From a virus (lineage: Duplodnaviria; Caudoviricetes): a stretch of DNA of 64,000 nt. Both the position numbers and the translations under genes were made by a program. The DNA lies in IMG/VR virus record IMGVR_UViG_3300037761_000271, positions 1 to 64,000 of that record; one strand, written 5' to 3'. The notes beneath the pieces are model-generated. The model saw only the letters and a list, made by a program, of their open reading frames with translations. It searched no databases and had not been told where the DNA came from. Shown here piece by piece: positions 1 to 8,727 of the stretch; positions within the stretch are counted from its first letter, which is position 1, and every line of letters starts with the position of its first letter.

Positions 1-87
1 GCGGAGGTCGCCGAGCCCGACCAGTTGCCCGGGCTGGGTGGTGAGGTGGCGGTAGGCGCACCGGATCCGGTCTTCGTAGGTCTTCAT
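1..87 (-). CDS. Partial hypothetical protein, runs off the window start
   Basis: ATG at 87 behind a GGAGAGAGGA RBS; reads MKTYEDRIRCAYRHLTTQPGQLVGLGDLR. Confidence 0.6.
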   Translation of the reverse strand, partial: MKTYEDRIRCAYRHLTTQPGQLVGLGDLR

Positions 88-573
88 GATCGTCCTCTCT
101 CCTGCGGTTGCGTGGCCGGCCGGTGTCGGCTCCCGCCCCCCGGTGGCCCCGTCAGACCTGGGGAACTCGGCGCGCCCCGCTGACGGGCGGGTGACCGGTG
201 ATCCGGTGTGCTCGGCACCCTCCCGGGTGCCTCTCTCGGCTGCCTGGCCTGCCGGCCGGCCGCGCAATCGCAGGTGTCCTGGTGCCACGGGGGGAGCCGT
301 CGGATGTGCCTCCCAGTGAGGCCGCCCAGCGGTGCTGGGTACGCCCAGGGTGGGAGCGCGGGGAAACGATCAGCTCCCCTCGTGGCACCAGGATTTCGAT
401 CTGTCTTTCGCTGACCCTGGCGTCTTGCTACGCGGTGGGGAGCTGATCTCGTTTTCCCCTGGGTCCCTCTCTGCTTTTGTGTCTTCAGTCTACCAAAGCC
501 ATTGCGCGACGGCTACCGCAAGCCTTCACCCTTTCGGGTGAACCTGACCGACGATCAGGCAGAGGCTTACGCA

Positions 574-855
574 ATGGCTACCGTCGTGTGCGACCATGGT
601 CGCGTGACCTACGACCGGACCAAGCTGCGCCAACTCGGCGAGGAACGCCGAGCGGCGCTGGCCGCGCTGGCACGCATCCGCCGCGAAGTAGCCGGTGAGC
701 TGCCGGCCGCCCGCAAGGCGCTGACCTGGCGGGAGATCAGCGCCGCCGCGACCTACACCGAGCAGCAGCTCCGCGCCATGATGCTGCCGTCGGCTGAGCG
801 GGCGCAGCGCGAGGAGCAGCGACGAAGGCGGCGCCGGAAGGAGACTCAGCCGTGA
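574..855 (+). CDS. Hypothetical, possible DNA-binding protein
   Basis: ORF 502..855, likely start at MATVV; basic C-terminus. Confidence 0.5.
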   Translation: MATVVCDHGRVTYDRTKLRQLGEERRAALAALARIRREVAGELPAARKALTWREISAAATYTEQQLRAMMLPSAERAQREEQRRRRRRKETQP

Positions 856-909
856 TGCCGGTGGAGGCCCTGCGCGCCGAGCGTCGCCGGTTGGCGACGG
901 GGGATAGCG

Positions 910-1086
910 GTGGCTGAACTCGTGAAGTGGCTACTGGTCGCCTTGCTGGTGGTCAATGCGGCAGGGGCCGTCCTCAGCGTCGGCAAGCCGCGGGAGCCGA
1001 TCACACCCGGTAGTGCCCTGAGGGTCGTGGTCGTCAACATGCTGGTCGTCGCAGCGGTTTTCGCGTTCTGGGGAGGCGGGTCGTGA
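910..1086 (+). CDS. Small membrane protein
   Basis: Hand-translated VAELVKWLLVALLVVNAAGAVLSVGKPREP...; two hydrophobic segments; GTGA overlap with next gene. Confidence 0.55.
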   Translation: MAELVKWLLVALLVVNAAGAVLSVGKPREPITPGSALRVVVVNMLVVAAVFAFWGGGS

Positions 1087-1304
1087 TCCGCGCGTCCGGG
1101 CAGCTCGGCGGCCGGCCGTTCATGCTGCTCGGCCTGTCCGGGGAGAACGTGGCCCGGCTGGCGGCCGGGGAGCCGATCGCCTTCGACGGCGACCAGCTCG
1201 GCTACGCCGGCAAGGTGATCGTGGTGTACGGGCGCACCGAGGCGGACATCACGGCGCAGCTCCGGGAGCACGGGCTGGTGCCGCCGGAGGGGGCTGAGGG
1301 CTGA
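1083..1304 (+). CDS. Hypothetical phage protein
   Basis: 73-aa ORF, coupled start, GC3-rich codons. Confidence 0.65.
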   Translation: MIRASGQLGGRPFMLLGLSGENVARLAAGEPIAFDGDQLGYAGKVIVVYGRTEADITAQLREHGLVPPEGAEG

Positions 1305-1320
1305 TGGAGGGTAGCGACCG

Positions 1321-1737
1321 ATGAGTGGGGATCAACGCCTGGTCGGGCTGGTCGCCCAACCCGGCGATCCGGACTTGGACTGCGACGTGTCCGGTCTGAC
1401 CGTCACCGCAGTGGTCGCCCAGGGCCGCGAGATCCTGGCCCGGTTGACCGGCGGTCACGGCCGCTGGACCGACCGCGACACCGGCGAGCAGGTATCGGGC
1501 GTGGTCCAGGTCGTGACCGAACTGCAGGCCAACTTCGCCGGGGACATGCCGGAGGATCTGTTCGCGGCGTTGATTGTCCGGCTGGAGCGGTGGCGGGATC
1601 GGGCGGTTCCGCTACGGATGTGCGCCGCGCCCGGTCGGGTGTCGCTGCTGGTGGCAGATGGTGGGGACTTCTTGCCCTGGCCGCGACGCTGGCCGCCACC
1701 GGAAAGCGAGCGGGAACCGTTGGCGACACCGTCGTAA
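1321..1737 (+). CDS. Hypothetical phage protein
   Basis: 138-aa ORF with upstream GGAGG. Confidence 0.6.
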   Translation: MSGDQRLVGLVAQPGDPDLDCDVSGLTVTAVVAQGREILARLTGGHGRWTDRDTGEQVSGVVQVVTELQANFAGDMPEDLFAALIVRLERWRDRAVPLRMCAAPGRVSLLVADGGDFLPWPRRWPPPESEREPLATPS

Positions 1738-1838
1738 CGGGCTACCTCGGCCGGGACACCCCGCGGTGTCGCGACACGGCCTTGTTCACCGTCGCCACTG
1801 TTACTCCCAGCAGCTCCGCCACCTCCGCCCACGTTGCC

Positions 1839-1899
1839 GCCCGGGTCAGGACCTGTCCTATAAGCAGGCTGTGGTCGGGTTCGATCCCCACCCGGCGCA
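1839..1899 (+). pseudogene. D-arm-less tRNA-like element, anticodon TAT (Ile-like)
   Basis: CCGGGT/ACCCGG stem; CCTGT-CCTATAA-GCAGG arm; GGTTCGATCC T-loop; no D arm. Confidence 0.45.
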
Positions 1900-1910
1900 C
1901 GCAAGATCAT

Positions 1911-1982
1911 GCCCGCGTAGCTCAACGGGAGAGCGCCGCTTTCACACGGCGGAGGCCGGTGGTTCGACACCACTCGCGGGTA
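1911..1982 (+). tRNA. tRNA-Val(CAC)
   Basis: GCCCGCG/CGCGGGT acceptor; GCTC/GAGC D stem; CCGCT-TTCACAC-GGCGG; GGTGG-TTCGACA-CCACT. Confidence 0.9.
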
Positions 1983-1984
1983 CT

Positions 1985-2048
1985 GTGCCTGTAGTTCAAC
2001 GGTAGAGCGCCGGACGCGGGAGATGCGGGTTCGAGCCCCGCACGCACC
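1985..2048 (+). pseudogene. tRNA-like element lacking the anticodon loop
   Basis: Normal D arm and T arm (GCGGG-TTCGAGC-CCCGC); anticodon arm reduced to 10 nt CCGGACGCGG; imperfect acceptor stem. Confidence 0.7.
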
Positions 2049-2057
2049 GATCGGCAT

Positions 2058-2130
2058 GGTGGCTGTAGCTCAACGGCAGAGCGCCCGGCTGTGACCCGGG
2101 AGCGAGCGGGGTCGGCACCCGCCAGTCACC
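2058..2130 (+). tRNA. tRNA-His(GTG), atypical T-loop
   Basis: G-1 and C73; CCCGG-CTGTGAC-CCGGG; T-loop GTCGGCA. Confidence 0.8.
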
Positions 2131-2135
2131 CCCAA

Positions 2136-2218
2136 GCGCGTCGTGGGCGGCGGCACGCCCAGCTGCCTGTAAAGCAGTCGCGGATTACGCAGACCTGGCT
2201 CGACACCAGGGGCGCGCA
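2136..2218 (+). tRNA. tRNA-Tyr(GTA)
   Basis: GCGCGTC/GGCGCGC acceptor; GCTGC-CTGTAAA-GCAGT; long variable arm; CCTGG-CTCGACA-CCAGG. Confidence 0.8.
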
Positions 2219-2219
2219 C

Positions 2220-3050
2220 TTAGCCCAAGTACATCGAGATGGCGTGAGAGCGCCGGGAGAGCATCCAGGGCCGGATGGCGCGCAACACGGCCGTCGCCTC
2301 TGTGCGAGCACCGACGTTCCACACAAAGGTCTCGTTGTGGTGGGGCTGCTGCGGGGAGCGCCGGTATACGCGACCAGTGCCAGCGGTGGTGGCGAGTCTG
2401 TCTATTACATCTCGATCGATTGAGGCCAGACTAACTCCTGTCCGCAGAATTGATCCCTCGCCTTCGATGAGGCCAGCTGTCCACGCAGCGCCAACTGGGT
2501 CGGCAATTGTGAGGTCCCATCGCCGGGCTGCGGGCATCGGTGGCGCGTCAACGAAGTTTGCAAGCAGTCGCGCTACTGCTGCCCGGCGACGCTGCCCTAG
2601 GTATGATGCGGTCTGCTGGACGAGCCAGGAGACGTAGGCGCGGCGCTGGACCCGCACTATCCAGGATGGCTTGTGGCGGGGGTTCTTGGGTTGGTACTCG
2701 TACCGCGCGGCAAAGGGAATGAGCGTGAGGATGCGATCGGTCACGTCACGGTCGGTCATCTGGACCCGGACGACGCCACCGCCGGACTTCCGGGCTACGA
2801 ATGTGCCCTCTCCCTCCAGGAGGCCGGCGAGCCAGCCAGCGTCAGCCCCGGTGAGCGTAGGTAGGTTGCCGACTGGGCCGTAGGTGCAGTCGCGGCATGC
2901 CTTAGCAACAGGCCGTTTCGGCCGGCCGCACGCGCAGGGATAGCGGACACGCGCTTTCTGATCGCGGCAGACGCCGCACTCACGGTGCCTGCTATTGGGC
3001 CGAAACGTCGACTTGCACGTAGAGCAGGTACGCGATTCCGGTGTTCGCAT
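2220..3050 (-). CDS. Free-standing two-motif LAGLIDADG homing endonuclease with N-terminal Cys-rich region
   Basis: WLAGLLEGEGTF and WTAGLIEGEGSI motifs; CxxC pairs; likely start MRTPESRTC at 3050. Confidence 0.85.
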   Translation of the reverse strand: MRTPESRTCSTCKSTFRPNSRHRECGVCRDQKARVRYPCACGRPKRPVAKACRDCTYGPVGNLPTLTGADAGWLAGLLEGEGTFVARKSGGGVVRVQMTDRDVTDRILTLIPFAARYEYQPKNPRHKPSWIVRVQRRAYVSWLVQQTASYLGQRRRAAVARLLANFVDAPPMPAARRWDLTIADPVGAAWTAGLIEGEGSILRTGVSLASIDRDVIDRLATTAGTGRVYRRSPQQPHHNETFVWNVGARTEATAVLRAIRPWMLSRRSHAISMYLG

Positions 3051-3105
3051 GCGGTTGACCGTACCTCGCAGGTACGACAGCGGGTTCCCTCTCGCTCCCA
3101 CCCAT

Positions 3106-3177
3106 GTCCCCGTGGCGCAACGGAAGCGCACGGCCCTCCGAAGGCCGAGGCTGCTGGTTCGAATCCAGTCGGGGACG
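3106..3177 (+). tRNA. tRNA-Arg(CCG)
   Basis: GTCCCCG/CGGGGAC acceptor; CGGCC-CTCCGAA-GGCCG; GCTGG-TTCGAAT-CCAGT. Confidence 0.92.
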
Positions 3178-3182
3178 CTCAC

Positions 3183-3253
3183 GGTCGGATGCCCGAGTGG
3201 TTAGGGAGCGGGCTGCAACCCCGTCTACCCGGGTTCGAATCCCGGTCCGGCCT
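3183..3253 (+). tRNA. tRNA-Cys(GCA)
   Basis: GGTCGGA/TCCGGCC acceptor; GCGGG-CTGCAAC-CCCGT; CCGGG-TTCGAAT-CCCGG; U73. Confidence 0.92.
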
Positions 3254-3277
3254 CGATGCCATCCGCTGCGGAGACTA

Positions 3278-3346
3278 CGCTGGTGGGTCGGCGCCCAGCC
3301 GGGACTCATAACCCCGGCACGCCCGGATCGACACCGGGATCAGCGA
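3278..3346 (+). tRNA. tRNA-Met/Ile2-like (CAT), degenerate
   Basis: CGCTGGT/ATCAGCG acceptor; CTCATAA loop; short D arm; T-loop ATCGACA. Confidence 0.6.
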
Positions 3347-3365
3347 CGACTGAAGGAGTGCTGCC

Positions 3366-4565
3366 GTGGCGTACATGACCCTGCCCGGGACCCGGGCCGA
3401 GGTGCGGGTGTGGACCGACCCGTGGACGATCGAGCCGCAGGCCCAGCAGCAGCTGCGAAACATCGGCAACCTTCCGTGGGTGGACGGTGTGGCGGTGATG
3501 CCCGACGTGCACTACGGCAAGGGCGCCACCGTCGGGTCCGTGATCGCGATGCGGCAGGCGTTGGCCCCGGCCGCGGTCGGAGTGGATGTTGGGTGTGGGA
3601 TGTCGGCTGTGCGTACCAACCTGGTCGAGGCGGACCTGCCTGACGACCTGGCCCGGCTGCGGTCGACGATCGAGGCCCGGATCCCGGTCGGGTTCTCCTC
3701 CCATGACAGCCCGGTCGACCCGCAGCGGATGCCTGGGCTGACCCAGCGTGGCTGGGACGGGTTTTGGTCCAGGTTTGGGCAGCTTCACCCTGGCGTGGGG
3801 AAGCTGGCCGGCCGCGCGGCATGTCAGATGGGCACGCTGGGTGGTGGCAACCACTTCATCGAGGTGTGCATCGAGCAGGGCGGGCCCGGCGCCGGCCGGG
3901 TGTGGCTGATGCTGCACTCCGGCTCCCGGAACATCGGCAAGGAGCTGGCCGAGCGGCACATCGCAATCGCCCGGAAGCTGCCGCACAACCAGGACCTGCC
4001 TGACCGGGACCTGGCCGTGTTCGTGGCCGGCACCCCGGAGATGGACGCCTACCGGTCGGACCTGGGCTGGGCGCAGGAGTACGCCGCCCGGAACCGGCAG
4101 GTCATGCTCGCGCTGCTGTGCGGTGTCCTCGCCCAGGCTGTGCCGCAGGTCCGCTATGACGAGCCGATCTCCGCCCACCACAACTACGTGGCGGAGGAGA
4201 CCTACGGCGGGGTGGAGCTGCTGGTGACCCGCAAGGGGGCGATCCGGGCCGGGGCGGGGGAGTTGGGGATCATCCCCGGCAGCATGGGCACCGGCTCATA
4301 CATTGTGCGCGGCCTGGGCAACGAGGCGGCGTACTGCTCGGCGTCGCATGGTGCCGGCCGGCGGATGTCCCGCGGCCAGGCCAAGCGGACCTTCACCGTG
4401 AAGGATCTGGCCGAGCAGACCGCGGGGGTGGAGTGCCGCAAGGACTCTGGGGTGGTCGACGAGATCCCCGGAGCGTACAAGGACTTGGGTCAGGTGATCG
4501 CCGAGCAGCGGGATCTGGTGGAGGTGGCACACCACCTCCGGCAGGTGGTGTGCGTCAAGGGCTGA
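3366..4565 (+). CDS. rtcB: RtcB-family RNA 3'-phosphate ligase
   Basis: MPDVH, VGVDVGCGM, GGGNHFIE, HSGSR, HHNY, RKGA, PGSMG, SHGAGR and DEIPGAYK motifs. Confidence 0.97.
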   Translation: MAYMTLPGTRAEVRVWTDPWTIEPQAQQQLRNIGNLPWVDGVAVMPDVHYGKGATVGSVIAMRQALAPAAVGVDVGCGMSAVRTNLVEADLPDDLARLRSTIEARIPVGFSSHDSPVDPQRMPGLTQRGWDGFWSRFGQLHPGVGKLAGRAACQMGTLGGGNHFIEVCIEQGGPGAGRVWLMLHSGSRNIGKELAERHIAIARKLPHNQDLPDRDLAVFVAGTPEMDAYRSDLGWAQEYAARNRQVMLALLCGVLAQAVPQVRYDEPISAHHNYVAEETYGGVELLVTRKGAIRAGAGELGIIPGSMGTGSYIVRGLGNEAAYCSASHGAGRRMSRGQAKRTFTVKDLAEQTAGVECRKDSGVVDEIPGAYKDLGQVIAEQRDLVEVAHHLRQVVCVKG

Positions 4566-4582
4566 GCTAGGAGTCGAGGGTT

Positions 4583-4807
4583 TTGCCTTGCGTCACCAGC
4601 GTGTTGCCATTACGCCAGCCGCGGCCGAAGCCAACCACCGAGCGGGTGGTGGATGCCTACGAGCGGATCGGCTCCATCCGGGGGGTGGAGGCCGAGTTGG
4701 GGGTCTCCGAGACCTATGTGCGTGCGCGCCTGCATGAGGCTGGTGTGATCGAGCGGCATCCCGACCAACGACCGCGCAAGTGGACCCGGCACCAGCCGCT
4801 GGCCTAG
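4583..4807 (+). CDS. Small HTH-like protein
   Basis: SIRGVEAELGVSETYVRARLHEAGV resembles an HTH. Confidence 0.5.
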   Translation: MPCVTSVLPLRQPRPKPTTERVVDAYERIGSIRGVEAELGVSETYVRARLHEAGVIERHPDQRPRKWTRHQPLA

Positions 4808-5152
4808 AGCCGGTCTCCGAGCGACGCCCGCCGTGCCGCCCGGCGGGCCCGTTCCTCGCCGGCGGAGCGGCCGAGGGGCCGGAGACGCGGAGTGCAAGGC
4901 CCCGCTGGGTGGCCTGTCCACCCCACCCCCAAGCCCGTGAGCGATAGGCGGCATCATCCAATCACCGCGATGGGATGATGCCAGGTTGGTCGGATTTCCC
5001 GTGGCTAGCCCCCTTACCGGCGGGTAGATCTTGCGCCATCGTGTCTGAGCGTGGTAGGCCAGTGACTTACCCCCCGGTGTCGTGGGGCAGCGGAGCAGCG
5101 TCCAGGGCGGATGCTGCACGGTGGCGGGGGCGGACGCGAGGGGGATGCCCAG

Positions 5153-5569
5153 ATGGCCACCGAAACAGAGCCCTGCGAACAGTCCGGGAGTCCCGGGTGG
5201 GGTCCGTACCTTCCGCTGATCGCCACCGCCGCGGGCACGGGCGTCCTGTTCGTCGTGCTGCTGCTGGTGTTCCTGCTGGGTAAGGCGCTGGGCTGGGCCG
5301 CCGCCGGGACCGAGCTGGTGGTGGTGACCATGACCGTGTGCGGGTGCTCAGCCGCGCTGGCGACCATCGCCACCATGGCCTGCCGGCTCATCAACGGCCA
5401 CACCGACCGGCAGGTGGGGGCGGCGCTGGGGGAGGTCCGGACCCTGGTCGCCCTGCTGGTCCAGCAGGCGGCACCGGGGGAGCGGGTCAACGGGTCCGCC
5501 CCGGCCGGTTTGGACGCTGAGGTGATCGCGCTGGCCCGTAAGATCGGCGACCGCATCCACGGCGGGTAG
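5153..5569 (+). CDS. Two-TM membrane protein
   Basis: Two hydrophobic helices; RBS before MATETEP. Confidence 0.6.
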   Translation: MATETEPCEQSGSPGWGPYLPLIATAAGTGVLFVVLLLVFLLGKALGWAAAGTELVVVTMTVCGCSAALATIATMACRLINGHTDRQVGAALGEVRTLVALLVQQAAPGERVNGSAPAGLDAEVIALARKIGDRIHGG

Positions 5570-5577
5570 CGGGCATC

Positions 5578-5650
5578 GACCGGGCTATGTTTCCCCTCAG
5601 CGATACCCCACTATCGTCGCAGTGACCTAACCGGCAACAGCCCGTCGGCT
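5578..5650. other. Candidate attP of the serine recombinase
   Basis: Short AT-richer intergenic region between convergent genes; imperfect inverted arms (CGGGCTatGTT / AACAGCCCG; CGATA/TATCG). Confidence 0.25.
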
Positions 5651-5652
5651 GG

Positions 5653-7113
5653 TCAAAGCCACTCGATGGGTTCGATCCGGTCCGCCTCGGGCTGCCGCCA
5701 GTAGGCGGCCGGGCGGACGACCACCCGCCGGATCAGCTGCCGCAGCACCCGGTTGCGCTGGTCGTGGTCCATCGCCGGCCAGGTGCCCAGCAGCGCCTGC
5801 GCGGCGGTTGCCGCTTGGTGGAGGTCGGGTTGCCGGTCGGCGTCGGCCAGGTCAGCCAGCCGCAGCCGCAGGCTGGCTGCTTCCTCCCGAAGTTCGGCCA
5901 CCGGTTGGTGGTACTCGTCGTCGTCGAGCTCTCCCAGCGCCCGCTCCTTCGACAGCCGGGCGATCGCGTCGGTCACCTGGGTGAGCCGGCGGCGCAGCAG
6001 CCGCGCGTCGGCCCGGGCGGTGTGCCGGCGGGCGAGCTGCGCGGCCCGGCCGGCGTCGTCGGTGCGCAGGAACGCGATGTAGATGCGTACCCGCCGCAGC
6101 ACCTCGGCCTCGACCGGGGCCAGCCGGGGGGTGCCGACCCCCCGGCACGCCCCGGCCACGCCGCGGGACGGCCCGCAGCCGCACACCAGCCGGTCGACCG
6201 GCTGCCCCCGGTAGCGGGTTGGCCGGCGTTGCAGCCGGTGCCCTTCGGGGCAGTAGAGCAGCCCGACCAGTGACCAGGTGACCTCCTTCACCCGCGGCGG
6301 GAGCCCGGCGTCCCGCACCAGCCGCAGCTGCGCCAGCTCGAAGGTCCGTTCGTCGACCAGCGGCGGGTGCGCGTCCCGGGTGATGATCTCGCCGGTCCGG
6401 GTGGTGACGTGGCCGAGGTACACCGGCCGGCGGAAGATTTTCTTCAGGTTGGCGGGGTGGACCGGCCGGCCGCGGGCGTCGGCCACCTCCTGGCAGATCT
6501 TGCCGATCTTCACCCCGGCGGCGAAGTCGGCCCAGGCTTTCGCGACCACCGGGCCGAGCAGCGGGTCCGGCACCAGCCGGCCCTCGCTGCGGGTGTAGCC
6601 GAGGGGCCGGCCGTGGTGCTGCCCCCGTTCGGCCCGGCGGGCGATCGCCGCCGCCCAGCCGCGTCCGATCTCCCGCGCCCGGTACTGCGCCACCGCCAGC
6701 ATGTTGACCAGCATCATCTCCCCGGCCGGGGTGGAGGTGTCGATGTGCTCGCAGGCGGAGACGATTGCCACCCCCCGGTCGTTGATCCACTTCAGGAACT
6801 GGAGCGACTCCAACACGTTGCGGCCCAGCCGGGACACGTCGTAGACGGCGATCGCGTCGATCCGCCCCGCCTCCACCAGGGCGCGGATCCGGTCGATGCC
6901 GTCGCGGGAGAAGTGGGTGCCGGTCTGGTCCAGGTCCTCGACCGGCTCGCCGACCTCCCGCAGCCCGGCCAGCGACGCTGCCCGGCGCATCGCCGAGAGC
7001 TGCACCGCCGGGGAGTGGAAGTCGTCGCCGGAGCGGCCCATGAGCGCGGACACGCGGACGTAGAGGGCGACCCTGCCGGGCCGGTCGGGGACGGCACGCA
7101 GCGGCCGGCTCAG
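5653..7113 (-). CDS. Large serine recombinase (integrase-like)
   Basis: VALYVRVS catalytic motif, VYDVSRLGRN, PLGY recombinase domain, zinc ribbon, coiled coil; start inferred at CTG 7113. Confidence 0.9.
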   Translation of the reverse strand: MSRPLRAVPDRPGRVALYVRVSALMGRSGDDFHSPAVQLSAMRRAASLAGLREVGEPVEDLDQTGTHFSRDGIDRIRALVEAGRIDAIAVYDVSRLGRNVLESLQFLKWINDRGVAIVSACEHIDTSTPAGEMMLVNMLAVAQYRAREIGRGWAAAIARRAERGQHHGRPLGYTRSEGRLVPDPLLGPVVAKAWADFAAGVKIGKICQEVADARGRPVHPANLKKIFRRPVYLGHVTTRTGEIITRDAHPPLVDERTFELAQLRLVRDAGLPPRVKEVTWSLVGLLYCPEGHRLQRRPTRYRGQPVDRLVCGCGPSRGVAGACRGVGTPRLAPVEAEVLRRVRIYIAFLRTDDAGRAAQLARRHTARADARLLRRRLTQVTDAIARLSKERALGELDDDEYHQPVAELREEAASLRLRLADLADADRQPDLHQAATAAQALLGTWPAMDHDQRNRVLRQLIRRVVVRPAAYWRQPEADRIEPIEWL

Positions 7114-7544
7114 CCGATGGCCTGCCGGTCGGGCGTCTGCGACACCGGGTCCTCGTCGACCTGTTCAACCCACAGGCGCATCTGGAGCCGCATCCGGCGT
7201 TTCGTCTCGGGGGGCACGTCCGGGTCGGCCATGATCGCCAGCCAGCGTCGGACCTCCGGCGGCAGCGGCTTGGTCGGCTCGCCGGCGGGCCTGTCCGACG
7301 GTGCCGGCTCGCCACCGGCCAGCACCGCCTGGACGCTGCCGGATCTCCACTGGAGCGCCTGCTCCAGCCGGCCGAGAATGTTGCCTCGGTAGCCGGCCTG
7401 AAGCGCGCCCTCGATCATCCGCATGGTGGCCACGGATGGTCCACCGGCGGCGTATACCTCACCTTGCGTGAGTCCCAGCTCGTTGCGGCGTCTGGCCACG
7501 TACTCGGCGAGCCGGCCCCAGTCGCTGGTCCCAGCCCCCTCCAT
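7110..7544 (-). CDS. Immunity repressor (XRE-type HTH)
   Basis: RLAEYVARRRNELGLTQGEVYAAGGPSVATMRMIEG; divergent from a Cro-like gene and upstream of the recombinase; start uncertain (7544-7619). Confidence 0.75.
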   Translation of the reverse strand: MEGAGTSDWGRLAEYVARRRNELGLTQGEVYAAGGPSVATMRMIEGALQAGYRGNILGRLEQALQWRSGSVQAVLAGGEPAPSDRPAGEPTKPLPPEVRRWLAIMADPDVPPETKRRMRLQMRLWVEQVDEDPVSQTPDRQAIG

Positions 7545-7559
7545 GAGGGCATTGTGCAT

Positions 7560-7720
7560 GACAGATCGCGACAGGTCTAGCCCTAGCCACAGGTGTTTAT
7601 GAATGGCCTGGCGCCCCACGGGAGACGGGTGCCCCGCATTTAGCGCTATCTGAGATTCATCCGAACGGCTGAGCTACATGACCTTGCTTCCTGTCCTGAT
7701 CTGTCGTTGAATAGCGCTAT
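7560..7720. promoter_or_regulatory. Lysis/lysogeny switch region with operator-like repeats
   Basis: GACAGATCnnGACAG at 7560-7574 (+) and 7691-7705 (-); TAGCGCTAT at 7641-7649 and 7712-7720. Confidence 0.6.
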
Positions 7721-8000
7721 GAACAGTCCGGCCAGCCCGATCCCACCCCAGGTGAGCCTCCGGGTGTTCCGCGAGGCGAAGGGGGTGACCCTCAGCCGGC
7801 TCGCCGAACTGATCCAGGAGCAGGGCGTTGAGGTCCACCCGGACACCCTGAGCAACATTGAGCTGGGCTACCGGCCGGCCAGCAAACCACTGATCCTCGC
7901 CTGGGCACGAGCGCTCGGGGTTGAGCCGATCCACATCCGGCAGGCACGCGAGCTGGCCGAGTGGCTGCGCGCGTATGGCGCCGAGCGGAGCCCGGCGTGA
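7719..8000 (+). CDS. Cro-like XRE HTH protein
   Basis: LRVFREAKGVTLSRLAELI...TLSNIELGYRPAS. Confidence 0.85.
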   Translation: MNSPASPIPPQVSLRVFREAKGVTLSRLAELIQEQGVEVHPDTLSNIELGYRPASKPLILAWARALGVEPIHIRQARELAEWLRAYGAERSPA

Positions 8001-8551
8001 GCACCGAGGCCCTGGCATATGGCGCCTGGGAGCTGACCCCGTTCACGAACCGCATGCTGGATCCTCCGTTCGTCAACTACGGCGTTCGGATCTCGCCTGT
8101 GCGGCTGAAGACCCGATACGGAGCAGCTCGCCGTGCCGGCTTGGTCCACGCCTTCGCAGCCGCCGCGAGCGTTCTGCGGGGATCATCGCTGCACTACGGC
8201 GCCCGGTGGCTCTGCGGTGGTCAGACCCATGATGCGGTGCTGATCGCACAGCCTTCCCCCGAGGACCGCATGTGCCCGATCTGCTCGGAAGCCGGCCCAG
8301 TTGTCTACCGCTACTTCGACACCTCCGGCCGCCTGCTCTACGTCGGTAGCACCGTGAACCTGGCGGGTCGCCGCAAGCATCACGCCCGAGCAGATTGGTG
8401 GTCGGACGTGCACCGCGAGAGCGTTACGCGCTGCCGGACCCGCGGAGAGGCAGCTGCCGCAGAGCTTCACGCCATCCATGGGGAGCGGCCGATCCACAAC
8501 CGGGCGCCGCGGTCGGTTGTCCGTAGTGACCCGGAGCGGAGCGCGGCGTGA
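7997..8551 (+). CDS. GIY-YIG nuclease-domain protein
   Basis: VYRYFDTSGRLLYVGST...R..H...AE..AI..E.P.HN. Confidence 0.8.
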   Translation: MSTEALAYGAWELTPFTNRMLDPPFVNYGVRISPVRLKTRYGAARRAGLVHAFAAAASVLRGSSLHYGARWLCGGQTHDAVLIAQPSPEDRMCPICSEAGPVVYRYFDTSGRLLYVGSTVNLAGRRKHHARADWWSDVHRESVTRCRTRGEAAAAELHAIHGERPIHNRAPRSVVRSDPERSAA

Positions 8552-8727
8552 GCGAGATCGTCACCCCGCTGGACCCGGACAGCCCGAAAGGCCGGGAGGT
8601 TGCCGAGCGGCTGACCCAGGTGCTCGCCGAGATCCGGCTGGAGTTGGCCCGCAAGGGCATCTCCGCGGCCAACGTCGAGCCGGTCGCTGCCCGGCTGGCC
8701 CGCAGGGGCGGGAGGGCCGCCGCATGA
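8548..8727 (+). CDS. Small hypothetical protein
   Basis: Hand-translated 59 aa with GTGA/ATGA overlaps at both ends. Confidence 0.6.
   Translation: MSEIVTPLDPDSPKGREVAERLTQVLAEIRLELARKGISAANVEPVAARLARRGGRAAA

Noticed and set aside
4325-4350. Array B match to rtcB (TAC TGC TCG)
   Set aside because: Only three consecutive dinucleotides match; the flanks do not.
5570-5580. Target for the orphan omegaRNA guide (CGGGCATCGA)
   Set aside because: Only 10 nt match, expected by chance in GC-rich DNA.
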